Assembly (NCBI GenBank): GCA_963766715.1
Contig: CAVYBH010000007.1
Coordinates: 68,566 to 132,565 of the forward strand
Direction of reading: 5' to 3'
From: an uncultured delta proteobacterium
GTDB lineage: Bacteria > Myxococcota > Myxococcia > Myxococcales > Anaeromyxobacteraceae
DNA length: 64,000 bases
The position numbers and the translations under genes are program-made. Positions within the stretch are counted from its first letter, which is position 1. Each line of letters begins with the position of its first letter. Positions 19,940-32,619 of this stretch are shown here, in pieces. Below the pieces are notes generated by a model. It made no database searches. It was given only the letters and a program-made list of their open reading frames with translations, and was not told the origin of the DNA.

Positions 19940-22903
19940 TTACCGGGTTCCTGCGTTCTTCCGGCCGGGACGCCGGGCGGCCTCGGAGGCGCCCTCCTGC
20001 GTCCCGCCTCCGTCCGTGCCCGAAGCCTGGTGCCCCGCGGCGTCCGGGGGCGTTCCAGGCCCCCCCCGAGCCGCGCGACGCGCTCGCCGGCGCCGCGGAA
20101 TCCGGGGTCGCCGTGGGCGATCTTCTGGAAGTACCAGAGCGCGACCTCGGGCTCCCCCAGCGCCTCGTGCGCGGCTCCCAGCTCGAAGTGGATGGCCCGG
20201 GCCCCCTCGCCCGTGAGGAACTCGGACCGCAGCGCCTGGCGGTAGGTCTCCACCGCCTCGCGGTGCTCCCCCTTCATCCCCAGGCACACGCCGATCATGT
20301 TCAGGATCTCCACCTCGCGGCGGCGGTCCCCGCCCGCCAGGGCCGACCGGAACTGCTCCAGGGCCTCGTCGAGCATGCCCATCTCCTGGAAGGCGATGCC
20401 GAGGTCGTACTTGGTGGCCGAGTCGTCGGGGCGAACGGTCCGCTCGAGCCCTTTCTTGAACTGGTCGAAGACGTCGGCGACCGAGTACTGGAACTCGCCG
20501 GTCGGCGTCGGGGCCAGGTCGGGACCCAGCTCGGCCGACAGCTCGGCGCCCAGGTCGAAGATGCCGGTCGTCCCGGTCGACGCGTAGGCCGTCCGGCCGG
20601 GGAGGCTCCGGCTCGGCCGGAGCGGGCTCGGAGACGGCGTCCGGCGGCGGGGCCGACCCTTCCTCCCGGGCCAGGAGCGCCTCGATACGCGCCCGGGCGC
20701 TCTCGACCCCTGGGTGTCCCGGATGGGCGGCCGCCAGCTCCCGGACCGCCAGCACCGCCTCGTCGACCAGCCCCTGCTGCTCGTAGAACGCCACCTCCTC
20801 GAGCTCGGCGTCGAGCGGGCCCTCGTCGGACGCGGGAAGCGGCGGCGGCAGCGGGGAAGGCTCCAGCTCGACCTCGTCGACCTCCAGCTCCTCGAGGTCG
20901 GCGACGTCCACCTCCTCGGGCGGCTCCTCGATCGCCTCGGGCGGCTCCTCGATCGCCTGCTCCGCGACCGCATCGAGCGGCGCAGCGGGGTACTCCTCCA
21001 GCTCGGCGGGCGCGATCTCCACCTCGAGGACCTGGGCGTCCTCGAGCTCGGCAGCGTCGTCCGGCCGCAGGACCTCTTCCGCGGCCGGCGCGGCTCCCAC
21101 GCCGGGCTCGAGGTCGACCGGGGGCGCAGCCGGAGCGAACGGCGCGGGCGGCTCGACCCGGGCGGCGGTCTCCGACCCGGCGGAAAGGTCGTCGAGGACC
21201 AGGACGGGCCGCTCGTCGTCGATGACGCGGGCGGGCCCCTGATCTTCGGGCGGGATGAGCGCCCGGGCCCGCTCGAGCTCGGCCTCGGGGGGCGTGAGGT
21301 CGAGCGGCTCCTGCGAGCCGATGGCCTCGAGGGGCGCAGGGGTCGGCGTCTCGGGAGCCCCGCCGTCCGGCCGGAGGAACTCGCCGTCGTCCGTGGGCAG
21401 CGGGGCGATCCCGGGAGCCGGCTCGGCCGGCGGCTCGTCGTCCGGAGGCGGCAATTCGTCGTCGGCCGGGGCCGGAACGACCTCGAGGACGCTCTGCGGC
21501 TCCGCATCGCCCGCTGGCGGCGCGGGCGTCTCCTCCACGTGGATCTCGGCGTGGGCCGGGTCGAGCACGCGAAGCCGCTCGATGGCGTGCTCGATTCGCC
21601 CCTCGCCCCCGCGCGCCAGCAGCGCCTGGACGGCCCGCTCCGCAGCCTCCGCGGCGCCTTGCCGGTTCCCCATCGCGTCCCGGATGTCGCGGATGCGCTC
21701 CAGCGCGTCGGGGTTCTCGGAGTCCTCGGCGAGGATCTTCTGAACGTGATCGAGCGCCTTCTGGTGCAGCCCGTACTTGAGATAGACGTCGGTCTCGGTC
21801 AGGAGGCGACCGATCGGGGTCGCCGATCCCGCAGGGACGGCGGGAGGGACGGTGGACGCGGGCGATGGCGCGGCGGGACCTGCGCTCGAGGGGGACGCGA
21901 TCCGGGGCGGCGGGACGGCTCGCACCGGCGGTGGCGTGGACACCGGGCCCCCGACCGCGCCCGGCGGACGGCCCGGAGGCGGCATCGCAGGGCTGGGGCG
22001 GACTCCCCCCGCGTTGGCCAGCTCCTCGGCCGCCTCGGGGTCGTCGGGGAGGAGGTCCAGGACCTGGCGCCAGGTGAGCGCCGCCTCCTCGCGACGCCCT
22101 CGCTCCGCGTAGACGCGGGCCAGCGCGCGGTAGACGGCGATGGTCTTCGAGACCTGTCCGAGGTCGCGGAATGCCTGGGCCATGAGGCGCAGCGTGTCGA
22201 CGTCCTGCTTGTCGGCGCCGTGGCAGGCCTGGAGCTTCCCGAGGGCCTTCTTGGTGTCGCCGCGGGCCAGGTACTCCTGCGCGAGCTCCCGCGCCAGCTT
22301 CAGGTCGTCGGGCGTGAGCTGGTAGATCCGCTCGGACAATTTCAGGTACTCGTCGCCGCGCTTGTTCTCGCGCAGGTGCGAGGCGGCCCGCCGGTAGAGC
22401 TCGAGCGCCTCGGCGCTCCGTCCCGCCTTGGCGTAGAGGTCACCGAGCCGCTGGCAGGTGACGACGTTCTCCGGATCGAGATCGAGGAGGCGCCGGAGCA
22501 CGTCGAGGTGCTTCCCCTGGTCGCCCCCCTTCTCGTGGGCCGTGGCCACGACCTGGAGCTGGCTGGTGGCGTCGTTCAGGAGACCGAGCTGCTGGTAGAG
22601 GCCCGCCAGCTTCTCGTTCACCCGGATGTCCTCGGGGGTGAGCTTGGCGATCTGCTTGTAGACGGCGACCGCCTTCAGGAAGAAGCCCTGGTCGCCGTAG
22701 ATCTCGGCGACCTGGTTGAAGATCGCGGCGGCGGAGGCGTTGTCGCCCTTCTTCTGCTGGATCTCGCCGACCTTGAGGAGGATCCGGACCTCCTTGCGGT
22801 CCTCGGCGAGGATCTTCTCGTAGGCCTTGAGGGCCTTGTCGTATTGCCCCTTCTGAACGAGCCGGGTGGCCTCGGCGATGATCTTGTTCTTGTCGACCGC
22901 CAT
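19940..22903 (-). CDS. sgmX: TPR scaffold SgmX-like (T4P polar activator), frameshift near 20590
   Basis: N-terminal TPR array (DKNKIIAEATRLVQKG, GFFLKAVAVYKQI), acidic linker, C-terminal TPRs (YDLGIAFQEMG); synteny with accC-accB-efp; 3' end uncertain. Confidence 0.78.
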   Translation of the reverse strand: MAVDKNKIIAEATRLVQKGQYDKALKAYEKILAEDRKEVRILLKVGEIQQKKGDNASAAAIFNQVAEIYGDQGFFLKAVAVYKQIAKLTPEDIRVNEKLAGLYQQLGLLNDATSQLQVVATAHEKGGDQGKHLDVLRRLLDLDPENVVTCQRLGDLYAKAGRSAEALELYRRAASHLRENKRGDEYLKLSERIYQLTPDDLKLARELAQEYLARGDTKKALGKLQACHGADKQDVDTLRLMAQAFRDLGQVSKTIAVYRALARVYAERGRREEAALTWRQVLDLLPDDPEAAEELANAGGVRPSPAMPPPGRPPGAVGGPVSTPPPVRAVPPPRIASPSSAGPAAPSPASTVPPAVPAGSATPIGRLLTETDVYLKYGLHQKALDHVQKILAEDSENPDALERIRDIRDAMGNRQGAAEAAERAVQALLARGGEGRIEHAIERLRVLDPAHAEIHVEETPAPPAGDAEPQSVLEVVPAPADDELPPPDDEPPAEPAPGIAPLPTDDGEFLRPDGGAPETPTPAPLEAIGSQEPLDLTPPEAELERARALIPPEDQGPARVIDDERPVLVLDDLSAGSETAARVEPPAPFAPAAPPVDLEPGVGAAPAAEEVLRPDDAAELEDAQVLEVEIAPAELEEYPAAPLDAVAEQAIEEPPEAIEEPPEEVDVADLEELEVDEVELEPSPLPPPLPASDEGPLDAELEEVAFYEQQGLVDEAVLAVRELAAAHPGHPGVESARARIEALLAREEGSAPPPDAVSEPAPAEPEPPRPDGLRVDRDDRHLRPGRRAVGRAGSRPGPDADRRVPVLGRRRLRPVQERARADRSPRRLGHQVRPRHRLPGDGHARRGPGAVPVGPGGRGPPPRGGDPEHDRRVPGDEGGAPRGGGDLPPGAAVRVPHGRGGPGHPLRAGSRARGAGGARGRALVLPEDRPRRPRIPRRRRARRAARGGPGTPPDAAGHQASGTDGGGTQEGASEAARRPGRKNAGTR

Positions 22904-22982
22904 CGGACTGACCGGGCCTCGCCCGAGACTACACGGCCACGCCCCTCACGGGCGCAGGAACGGTCGTCTGCGGGAGAGCATG

Positions 22983-23011
22983 AGCGTAACCAAAGGGTGG
23001 CCCGCGGTCAA
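22983..23011 (-). promoter_or_regulatory. Candidate sigma70 promoter for sgmX
   Basis: TTGACC-N17-TACGCT on the minus strand. Confidence 0.55.
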
Positions 23012-23056
23012 GGGACATGCACCTCCATGGCTGCGGAATCTCAATTGATTTTCCGC

Positions 23057-24424
<1,368 letters not shown>

Positions 24425-24432
24425 GGCGCCCC

Positions 24433-24969
24433 CTAGACCGGTTCGATGCGGAAGAGCTTCTCGCCGAACTCGACCGGGGTCGCGTTGAGCACCAGGATCT
24501 CCGCGATCTTGCCCTCCACCTCGGCCTCGATCTCGTTCATGAGCTTCATCGCCTCGACGATGCAGAGCACCTGGCCCTTCTTCACGACCGACCCGACGTC
24601 GACGAAGGGGGGCGAGTCGGGCGAGGGCGCCCGGTAGAAGGTGCCGACGAAGGGCGAGGTCACCAGGTGCCCGGGCTTCTCGGGCGCCTTCTCGGCGGCC
24701 TTGGGGGCCGGGGCCGCGGCGGGCGCGGGGGCCGGGACCGGCGCCGCGACGGCGGCCGCCAGGGGCGCGGGCGCAGCGGCGGGGGCCGGGGCCGCCACCA
24801 CGTTCACCGGCGCGGGTCCGCGGCGGATGACGACCTTCTCGCCGCCCCGGATCCACACCAGGGTGCGGACGTCGCTGCCCTCCAGCGAGTCCACGAGCTT
24901 GGTTACGTCACCGAGGGTGAAGCCGCCCGCGGCCTGCTCCTTGCCGCCGTCCGCCTTCTTGCTCGCCAT
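24433..24969 (-). CDS. accB: Biotin carboxyl carrier protein
   Basis: [11 protein letters not shown] and EAMKLMNEI biotinylation motif. Confidence 0.96.
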   Translation of the reverse strand: MASKKADGGKEQAAGGFTLGDVTKLVDSLEGSDVRTLVWIRGGEKVVIRRGPAPVNVVAAPAPAAAPAPLAAAVAAPVPAPAPAAAPAPKAAEKAPEKPGHLVTSPFVGTFYRAPSPDSPPFVDVGSVVKKGQVLCIVEAMKLMNEIEAEVEGKIAEILVLNATPVEFGEKLFRIEPV

Positions 24970-25002
24970 GATGCCTCCCTGCTCGGGGTGTGGGCGCGCC
25001 GA

Positions 25003-25575
25003 TCAGCCGGCCACGCGCGTGAGGTACTCGCCAGTCCGGGTGTCGATGCGGAGAATCTCGCCCTCGTTGATGAAGAGGGGCACCTTGACCATGTAGCCCG
25101 TCTCGAGGATCGCCGGCTTGGTGGCGCCGGAGACGGTGTCGCCGCGAACGCCGGGGTCGCACTTCACCACGCGGAGATCCATGGCGTTGGGGATCTCGAT
25201 GCCGATCGCCTTGCCGTTGTAGAAGAGGACCTGGGTGGTGGTGTTGTCCTTGATGAAGTTCTTGGCGTCCCCCATCTGCTCTTCGGTGAGGAAGGTCTGC
25301 TCGTAGTTCTTGTTGTCCATGAAGTTGTAGTGGTCGCCTTCCTTGTAGAGGTACTGCATCTCCTTCTCCTCCAGGTCGGGCTTGCCCACCACGTCTCCGG
25401 ACTTGAACGTCCTGTCGATCGTCCGGCCCGTGAGCAGGTTCTTGATGCGGGTCCGCACGAACGCGCTGCCCTTGCCGGGCTTCACGTGCTGGAACTCCAC
25501 GATCTCCCACGGCTCCTTGTCGATCTCGATCTTGAGGCCGCGCCGGAATGCGCTGGTGTCGAGGGTGTCCGCCAT
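25003..25575 (-). CDS. efp: Elongation factor P
   Basis: FQHVKPGKGSAFVR, PGVRGDT, VPLFINEGE. Confidence 0.97.
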   Translation of the reverse strand: MADTLDTSAFRRGLKIEIDKEPWEIVEFQHVKPGKGSAFVRTRIKNLLTGRTIDRTFKSGDVVGKPDLEEKEMQYLYKEGDHYNFMDNKNYEQTFLTEEQMGDAKNFIKDNTTTQVLFYNGKAIGIEIPNAMDLRVVKCDPGVRGDTVSGATKPAILETGYMVKVPLFINEGEILRIDTRTGEYLTRVAG

Positions 25576-25640
25576 GTCTCTTCGCTCCTTTATGGAAAGT
25601 TCGGGCCGTCCGCCCGCCGGGCGGACAGGAAAGGCGCCGC

Positions 25641-26000
25641 CTACAGCTCGGCGAGCACGAGGGGTGCCGTGACCCGGAGGAGGTAGCGGGCCTTGCCCTG
25701 GTTGCCCCCCGGGGCGAGCGCCACCACCATGAAGTAGTCGGGGGAGAGGAGCCGACCCAGCGTCACGAGCCGGTCCGTCCCGACGCTGAACTCCGAGAGC
25801 CCCCCGGCTGCGTGGGCCTCGGCTGCCTCGCGGGCCGTCCGGAGGATGCCGGTCATCTCGACCATCATCGACTTCACGTCGATGCTGGAGTCGGCCTGGA
25901 CGTGGGTGTCGACCTCGATGCCGTCCATGCCCATGAGCGAGCACGCCAGGGCGCCGTCGACGCCCCTGCAGACCTCCTGCAAGTGCTCCCGGAAGCCCAT
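25641..26000 (-). CDS. mglC: Roadblock/LC7 domain protein, MglC-like
   Basis: 119 aa with LMGMDGIEVD and GNQGKARYLLR; lies between the pilQ-downstream lipoprotein and efp as recalled for M. xanthus. Confidence 0.75.
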   Translation of the reverse strand: MGFREHLQEVCRGVDGALACSLMGMDGIEVDTHVQADSSIDVKSMMVEMTGILRTAREAAEAHAAGGLSEFSVGTDRLVTLGRLLSPDYFMVVALAPGGNQGKARYLLRVTAPLVLAEL

Positions 26001-26065
26001 GCCGGCCCCGCCCCTTCGTGGAAAAACGCCCGTGGTTTCGGGCGCTGGCTCGTCGAGCCGCGGCT

Positions 26066-26095
26066 CTTGTAGCCCCCGGGGCGCCCGTCCGTCAA
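26066..26095 (-). promoter_or_regulatory. Candidate sigma70 promoter for mglC-efp-accBC
   Basis: TTGACG-N18-TACAAG on the minus strand. Confidence 0.4.
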
Positions 26096-26144
26096 GGCGG
26101 AGCGCAGCAGGGGAGGTCTTCGCGCCCCGATCCCGGCCGGCGCG

Positions 26145-26799
26145 TCACGGAGCGATGCAGGTCACCGCCGCGGTCTGGCCAGGGGAGAGCGCGCCGACGG
26201 CCGACCCCGGGCAGCTCGCCATGATGTCGCCCGCGGCGCAGCGGGGGGTCGCGTCGCACCCGGCGCAGATCGCGACCGGCACCTGGAACCAGGCCGTGGT
26301 GAAGGAGTCCTGCGAGGTCAGCTTGCCGTGCCCGCGCACGTTCACGAGGATGCTGGTGGTGGTGTTGGGCGGCGGGGTGAGCGCCGCGAAGTAGGCCTGC
26401 GGGATGAGGGGGAGCAGCGCCCCGGACGACCCGGCGGCGGGCACCGTGATGGCGACGTCCACGGTGACGGGATTGAGCGACGCGCCCGTGTACGTGATCT
26501 CGAAGGACTGCAGGAAGGCGTCGTTGGTGTTGATGCGCCCGTCGGCGGCGCTGGAGTTGTCGACGAGCGAGTTGTTCAGCTGCATCGGGAGCCGGAAGTC
26601 GACGAGTGCGGTCTGCACGTCGAGCTGCGGGCTACCCGCCAGCGAGGCATCGCAGGTCGCAGGATAGAGGCAGGCCCCGGTGGTCAGCGTCGGGCGCCGG
26701 GGGGGCGCAGATCTCGAAGATGGCCACGGGTGCGAAGTTGGCGGCGCACCCCGAGAGGGCGGCGGCGAGGAGGGCGGCGGCGAGGGTTCGGGTCGTCAT
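26145..26799 (-). CDS. Cys-rich lipoprotein downstream of pilQ (frameshift near 26680)
   Basis: MTTRTLAAALLAAALSGC lipobox at 26799; continues into ORF 26145..26618 with a C-terminal Cys cluster. Confidence 0.7.
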
Positions 26800-26808
26800 G
26801 GCCGTCTC

Positions 26809-29519
26809 CTAGTTCGCGACCGGGGTGGGCGCGCCCATCATCGACTGGCGGTTCAGCACCCTGGGGGTGATGAAGATGAGCAGCTCGGTGTGGTCGTCGG
26901 TCTCGGACTTCGACTTGAAGAAGAAGCCGAGGATGGGGATGTCGCCCAGGAACGGCACGGAGTTGGTCGTGCTCGACGTGGCGCGCGTGTAGATGCCGCC
27001 GATGACCGTCGTGTCGCCGTCCTTCACGAGCACGGTGGTCTCGGCCTGCCGCTTGGTGATCGAGGGCTGGCCGTTGGCGCCCGTCAAGCTCGGGTCGGGC
27101 TTGTTGTTGGTGGCCTTGATCTTCATGAGGATGGAGCCGTCCGCCGTCACGTGGGGGGTCACCTTGAGCTCGAGCAGCGCCTCGACGAAGGTCGTGTTCA
27201 CGCCCGAGGCCGAGACCTGGGAGAACGGGATCGACTGGCCCTGGGAGATGGTGGCTTCCTTGTTGTCGAGGGTCGCGACCTTGGGCGCGGAGATGGTCTT
27301 GATGAGACCCTTGCGCTCGAGCGCCGTCAGCCGGAGGTTGAGGTTGAAGGCGCCGTTGGCGGAGCCGAAGACGAGGCCGATGCCGCCGCCGGAGCCCTGG
27401 CCGATGGGCGCGGGCAGGTTGACGGCGTAGTTGGGCTTCGCCTGGTTGCCCTGGTTGGGCGTCTGGTCGGACGCGCCCGCGCCGGTCATCACGTTGGGGA
27501 AGGAGACGGGCAGGCCGTTCCCGGTGGCCGGGCTGAAGCCGAGGTTGCCGCCCCACTGCACGCCGAGGGCCTGGGCGAAGTTGGAGGCCGCCTCGACGAT
27601 GCGGCTCTCGATGAGCACGCCCGGGGTCTCGGTGTCGAGGTTGCGAACCAGCCCCTCGGCCCGGGCCAGCGCCTCCTGGGTGTCCTTCACGATGAGGACG
27701 TTGGTGCGCTCGTCGGTCGTCACCGTGCCGCGATCGGTGAGCACGTCCTTCACCTGCCGGGAGAGATCGCCGGCGGTGGAGAAGTTCACCGGGATGATGC
27801 GGACCTTGAGCGGCAGGAGCACCTGGCGGTTCTTCTGCGCCTCGAGCTTCGCCGCCTCCTCCTTGGCGATGACGTCGAACTTGGCGATGCGGATGACGTT
27901 CCCGACCTCCTGCTTGCCGAGCCCCTTGGAGGTGAGGACGATGTCGAGCGCCTGGTCCCACGGGACGTTGCGCAGCGACACCGTGATCTTCCCCTGCACG
28001 TCGTCGGCGACGACGATGTTCTTCTTGGAGACGTCGGCCAGGAGGCGCAGCAGGTTGCGGACGTCGATGTCGTGGAAGTCGAGGGTGATGCGCTGCCCGG
28101 TGTACTGCTTCTGGCCGGGCGCACCGAGGAGGGCGTAGTCGGGGGCGGCGCCGCCGAACCCGGCCGCCTGTGCGGCGATCGGGGTCTCGACCGGAGGCGC
28201 GTCCTCGGCCGCGTGGCGCTCGACCTCGCCGGCCACCACCGTCCAGACCAGCCCCTTCTTCGTCTGGACCACCTCGTCGGTGGCCTCGCCGCGGAGCGTG
28301 AGGACCACGCGGACCTTGCCGGAAGGCTGGTTGAAGCTGGAGACCATGAGAAGCGGGCCGGAGACGCCGCTCGTGTCGACCGAGCGCTCGAGCTTCCTGG
28401 GCAGCTGGGCCCCGTCGAGCGTGAGGACCATCGTGCGGGCGTCGGGGCGCGACACCGTGTACTCGGCGTGGCCGGCCACCTCGATGTGGGCCGTCCGGCC
28501 CGACTGGCTCACCTTGATGTCCTGGATGGCGAGCGCCTTCTGCGCGGGGGCGACGGGCTGGGCCGCCGCCACCTTCTCGGGAACGGGCGCGGGCACCGGC
28601 GAGACCGCCAGCGGCGCCGGGGCGGGCGGCGTGGAGGCTGCGACCGCGCCGGAGCGGACCGAGAGCCCCTGGGCGGTGCGCGTGACCTGGACGCCGTGGA
28701 GGTCGCCGGAGGCGTCGAGGACCACGCGGACCTTGTCGGCGTCCCGTCCGAAGCGGACCTGGGAGAAGCCGGCGCCGGCGGGGATGGCGCGAGAGGGCGC
28801 CTTCTGGACGCCGGGAAGGTCGATGGCGAGCCGCGGCGGGTTGCGGAGCTCGAGGACCTCGTAGGTGCCGACGGGGCCGTTCGTCTGGATGAGCACGGCG
28901 TCGCCCTGGACGCGGACGCCGGTGACGGCCGTGGCGCCCGTGGGGGAGCCGGCCTCCTCGACCCGCCGCGCGACCACGTGATCGTCGGCCTGCACGGACG
29001 GCGCGGCTGCTGCTGTGCGGCGGGCGCCTGTGCGGCCTGCGCCACGGGTGCCTCGGGAGCGGCGACGGACGGCGCGGCGGCGACCGCTGCCGGCGCCGCG
29101 TCGCGGCCGGCGACACCGGCCAGGATCTTCACGCGGACGGCCTCGCCCTGGGGGGCGACCTCGTAGCGTGCGGACGGGTCGAGCCCGATCACGATGCGAC
29201 CCACGCTGGTCTTCTCGTCCTGGTACTGGGCCGTGCTCACGCTCGCGACGCCGCCGTGGTCGACCCGGATGGGCGAGGCCACGCCGGAGACGTCGCCGCC
29301 GGAGACGTCGACGACCAGCCGGGGCGGATCCTGCAGCTTGAAGACGGTGTAGCTGGGCGCGCGAGTGGCCCGGATCTCCACCTCGACGGCGCCGTCGCGA
29401 TCGGCGACGTCCACCGCGCGGATGACGTTGGGGCCGGGAGGGGCCGCTGTTCCCATCGCGGGCCAAGCGAGCAGCCCGACGAGGGCGATTCCGGCGACGA
29501 TCTGGCTCTGGTTCCGCAT
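26809..29519 (-). CDS. pilQ: Type IV pilus secretin PilQ with AMIN domains (frameshift near 28990)
   Basis: AMIN repeats (PPRLVVD, PPRLAID), VPWDQALD, VLIESRIVEA, VPFLGDIPILGFFFK, ELLIFITP. Confidence 0.95.
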
Positions 29520-29523
29520 CGCG

Positions 29524-30046
29524 CTACTCCTCGAAGTTCAGCGACTGTTCCTTGGGAAGCCGGAGGGCGGTCTCGGTCTTTTCCCGCGTCCCGTCGGCGC
29601 GCATCGCCCACTCCGTCACCACGACCTCTCCGGTCCGGATGGTCGCCACCACCCCGCCGTTCTTCCCGATGCAGGCGCCCTTCCGGATGGCGTAGCCCAC
29701 CCCGGTCGGCGCCTCGACCATCGCCAGCGGGTCGGCGAGGCCGGTGATCACCGGCGACCAGCCGGAGCTGGTCGAGCTCGAATCGTCCCAGCGGCGTGTT
29801 GCAGCGGGTGACCACGGCCCCGGTCGTGGCGCGCAGCTCGCCGAGGAAGCTCTTGAAGGGATCACGCTTCCCGACCGAGGAGTAGGCCACCTCGGCCTCG
29901 GGCGCGGGCGCGGGCGGCGCGGCGGGGGCGGCGGCGGGCTTGGCCGCCACGGGGGCTGCGGCCCGCGGCGTGGTGGGCTTCGGCTCGCCGCAGGCGGAGG
30001 CGGACAGCGCCGTCAGGACGAGGAGCGCGAGGACCGGGCGGCTCAT
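29524..30046 (-). CDS. pilP: Pilus assembly lipoprotein PilP (frameshift near 29755)
   Basis: Lipobox SASAC, GKRDPF, PLGRFELDQLRLV, IGKNGG. Confidence 0.9.
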
Positions 30047-30675
30047 TTGCTCCCCCCGCCGGCGCCCGGCTGCGTCGCGGCTTTCGGCTGGACGAACATG
30101 AAGGTCGTGACCAGGAACTTCGCGTTGAGGATCACCTTGCCCCCGGTGTCCTTGGGGGAGTCGAGCAGGATGTCGTTCACGTTCACGATGCGGCGCAGCC
30201 GGGCCAGCGAGTCGTAGAAGGTCACGATCTCGTGGAAGTTCCCGGAGACCACCATGGCGATGGGCACCCTGGCGTAGAACCCCTCGTTCACCTCGGGCAT
30301 CGGCTCGATGCTCGAGATCTCGAGCCCGGCCTTGCGGGCCCGTTCCTGGAAGAGCTGGAGGAGCTCGTCGATCTTCTTCTCCTCCGGCAGCTCGGCCAGC
30401 GCCTCCTGCAGGCGCTGCTCGAGCAGCTCCTTCTCGCGGCGGAACTGGTTCAGGTTGTTGGCGATGGCGGTCTTCTCGATCAGGTCGCTGTCGAGCCGCT
30501 TCTGCTCGGCGTCGACCCGGGCGATGCGCTGCTCGGTCTCCGAGATGGAGAGGCCAAAGGTCGGGAGGGAGAAGACGAAGTAGTTGAGGACGGTGAGCAG
30601 CACCACGATGGCCGCGACCACGCCCGCCTTCGCGGCCATGGGCGCCCGGGAGACTGCGTCGAGGATCCGGTCCAT
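30043..30675 (-). CDS. pilO: Pilus assembly protein PilO
   Basis: TM + coiled coil, LPEEKKIDELL, FYARVPI, RIVNV. Confidence 0.92.
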   Translation of the reverse strand: MDRILDAVSRAPMAAKAGVVAAIVVLLTVLNYFVFSLPTFGLSISETEQRIARVDAEQKRLDSDLIEKTAIANNLNQFRREKELLEQRLQEALAELPEEKKIDELLQLFQERARKAGLEISSIEPMPEVNEGFYARVPIAMVVSGNFHEIVTFYDSLARLRRIVNVNDILLDSPKDTGGKVILNAKFLVTTFMFVQPKAATQPGAGGGSK

Positions 30676-30681
30676 GGGCGC

Positions 30682-31261
30682 CTACCTCTTGGCCGGCGCC
30701 GGGCGCGAGGACGCACCGGGCGTGTAGTTGGCATGTGCGGTGACGAGGAAGTCGACGATGCGCATCCCGCCGCGGGTGGCGGCGGTCGTCTTCTTCAGCT
30801 CGACCTGGGAGAAGTGGGGAGTGCCCTTGAGCGCGGTCATGAAGGCCGAGACGTCGTCGATGGTGGCCCCCGAGCCCTCGAAGGTCACCACGCCGGCCTT
30901 CTCCTCCATCTTCCTGAGCTCCAGGCGCGACGGGCATGATCTGCGCGAGCTGGTCGAGCAGCTTCACGGGCCCGGCTCGTCCGGCCTTCAGCTTCTCGAG
31001 CGTGTCGAGCTTCTCCTTCAAGGCCGCCTGCTGGGCCTTGATGTCCTTCACCTCGCCGATGATCCGGTCGAGCTGGGTGATCTCGTCCCGGGTGCGCTTC
31101 AGCTTGCTCTCGCGCGCGGCGAGGTCCCCGGCCCTGGAGGAGGACCACACCCAGTTCGCCACCAGGGCGAGCAGGACGATGAGCGCGAGGAGGAGGAGTT
31201 GCTGCCTCCCCGCGACCTTCTTCTTCGAGACCCGGACGGCCAGCAGGTTGATGCGGATCAT
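30682..31261 (-). CDS. pilN: Pilus assembly protein PilN (frameshift near 30930)
   Basis: MIRINLL PilM-binding motif, TM, coiled coil. Confidence 0.9.
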
Positions 31262-31263
31262 GG

Positions 31264-32322
31264 CTACTTGTCTCCGGGGCGGCGGAGCGCGAGGCCGACG
31301 GCCACCGCCGCTGCGGGCGCTGCGTTCATGATCACGGCCGGGTCGAACTTGCGGTTGTCGACCTCGATGTTCTTGAAGGGGTTCATGACCTCCACGGGAA
31401 CCCCGGTCCGCTGCTCGATCACCTTGAAGAGGGCCGGGATGCGCGCCGTCCCGCCGGAGAGGTAGACGCGGGTCACGTGGCTGTCCGGCGCCGTGGCGGC
31501 GTGGAAGTCGAGGGAGCGCTGGATCTCGCCGCCCATCTGGTCGGCGACGCCCTGGATGACCCGCTCGACCTCCTGGGGAACGACCGCGTCGCTCTCGCCC
31601 TGGCCGCCCACCTTGAGCGCCTCGGCCTCCTCGGCCGAGATGTTGAGCTGCTTCTGGATCTCCTCGGTGAAGGCGTTCCCGCCCACGGTGATGTCGCGGG
31701 TGAAGATGGCCATCCCGTTGTTCACGATGTTGATGTTGGTGACCGCCGCGCCCACGTTGATGAGCACCACGGGCTGCCCCGGCGCCTGGGGGTAGTTCAC
31801 CTCGAAGGCGTTCTGCACGGAGAAGGCGTCGACGTCGACCACCGTGACCGTCAGGCCGGCCTCGGCGCACACCGACGTGAAGTCGTTGATCATGTCCTTC
31901 TTGGCCGCGACGAGCAGCACGTCCATCTGCCCGGCCGCGTCGGCCTGGGGCGTCAGGATCTGCGTGTCGATGTTCACGTCCTTCACGTCGAAGGGGATGT
32001 ACTGCTCGGCCTCCCACTGGATCGACTCGTCCAGGTCCTCCTGGGACATGAACGGCATGGAGATGCGCTTGATGATGACCGAGTGGCCCCGGACGCCGAT
32101 GGCCACGTCCTTGGCCTTCACCTTCTGCTGGGCCACGAGCTCGCGGATGGCCTCGACGATGGCCGCCGAGTTCATGAGCTGGTTGTCGACGACGGCCTCG
32201 GGCGGCAGCGGCGCCTCGCCCCACGCGAGCAGCTGATACCCGCGCTTCGCTTCCTTGAGGTGCACGAGCTTCACGCTCGAGGAGCCGATGTCGAGGCCGA
32301 GGGCCAGCTTGTTCTTCGCCAT
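31264..32322 (-). CDS. pilM: Pilus assembly protein PilM (actin-like)
   Basis: GLDIGSSSVK, WEAEQYIPF, VLLVAAKK, LSGG, VAVGLALR. Confidence 0.96.
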   Translation of the reverse strand: MAKNKLALGLDIGSSSVKLVHLKEAKRGYQLLAWGEAPLPPEAVVDNQLMNSAAIVEAIRELVAQQKVKAKDVAIGVRGHSVIIKRISMPFMSQEDLDESIQWEAEQYIPFDVKDVNIDTQILTPQADAAGQMDVLLVAAKKDMINDFTSVCAEAGLTVTVVDVDAFSVQNAFEVNYPQAPGQPVVLINVGAAVTNINIVNNGMAIFTRDITVGGNAFTEEIQKQLNISAEEAEALKVGGQGESDAVVPQEVERVIQGVADQMGGEIQRSLDFHAATAPDSHVTRVYLSGGTARIPALFKVIEQRTGVPVEVMNPFKNIEVDNRKFDPAVIMNAAPAAAVAVGLALRRPGDK

Positions 32323-32333
32323 CGATTCCCCCT

Positions 32334-32615
32334 CTACGACCTCTTCCGGCCCACGAGGGCGGAAGCTTCGATACGGCTGGATGCGGGATGGCCGAAGACC
32401 CGTTCCTTGTCCGCGGGCTGGAGGCCCAGGGCCAGGATGATCTTCCGCTTGGTGTCGACGCGGCACTCCGCCCCGCGCTCGACGCGCGTCACCGTGAGGG
32501 CCGAGACGCCGGCCTTCCGGGCCAGCTCCGCCTTGGTGAGGAGCATGTCCTCGCGCAGGCGCCGCACGTTGTTCGCGGTCCGGCGGGCGTTGGAGGCGGC
32601 GTCTCGATTGGGCAT
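32334..32615 (-). CDS. XRE-family helix-turn-helix regulator
   Basis: NNVRRLREDMLLTKAELARKAGVSALTVTRVERG. Confidence 0.85.
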   Translation of the reverse strand: MPNRDAASNARRTANNVRRLREDMLLTKAELARKAGVSALTVTRVERGAECRVDTKRKIILALGLQPADKERVFGHPASSRIEASALVGRKRS

Positions 32616-32619
32616 CGTT

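Noticed and set aside
20921..20958. 21-bp tandem repeat (AIEEPPE) in sgmX
   Set aside because: Ordinary low-complexity acidic linker
25608..25626. GTCCGCCC-GCC-GGGCGGAC hairpin between mglC and efp
   Set aside because: No adjacent U-tract; function cannot be supported
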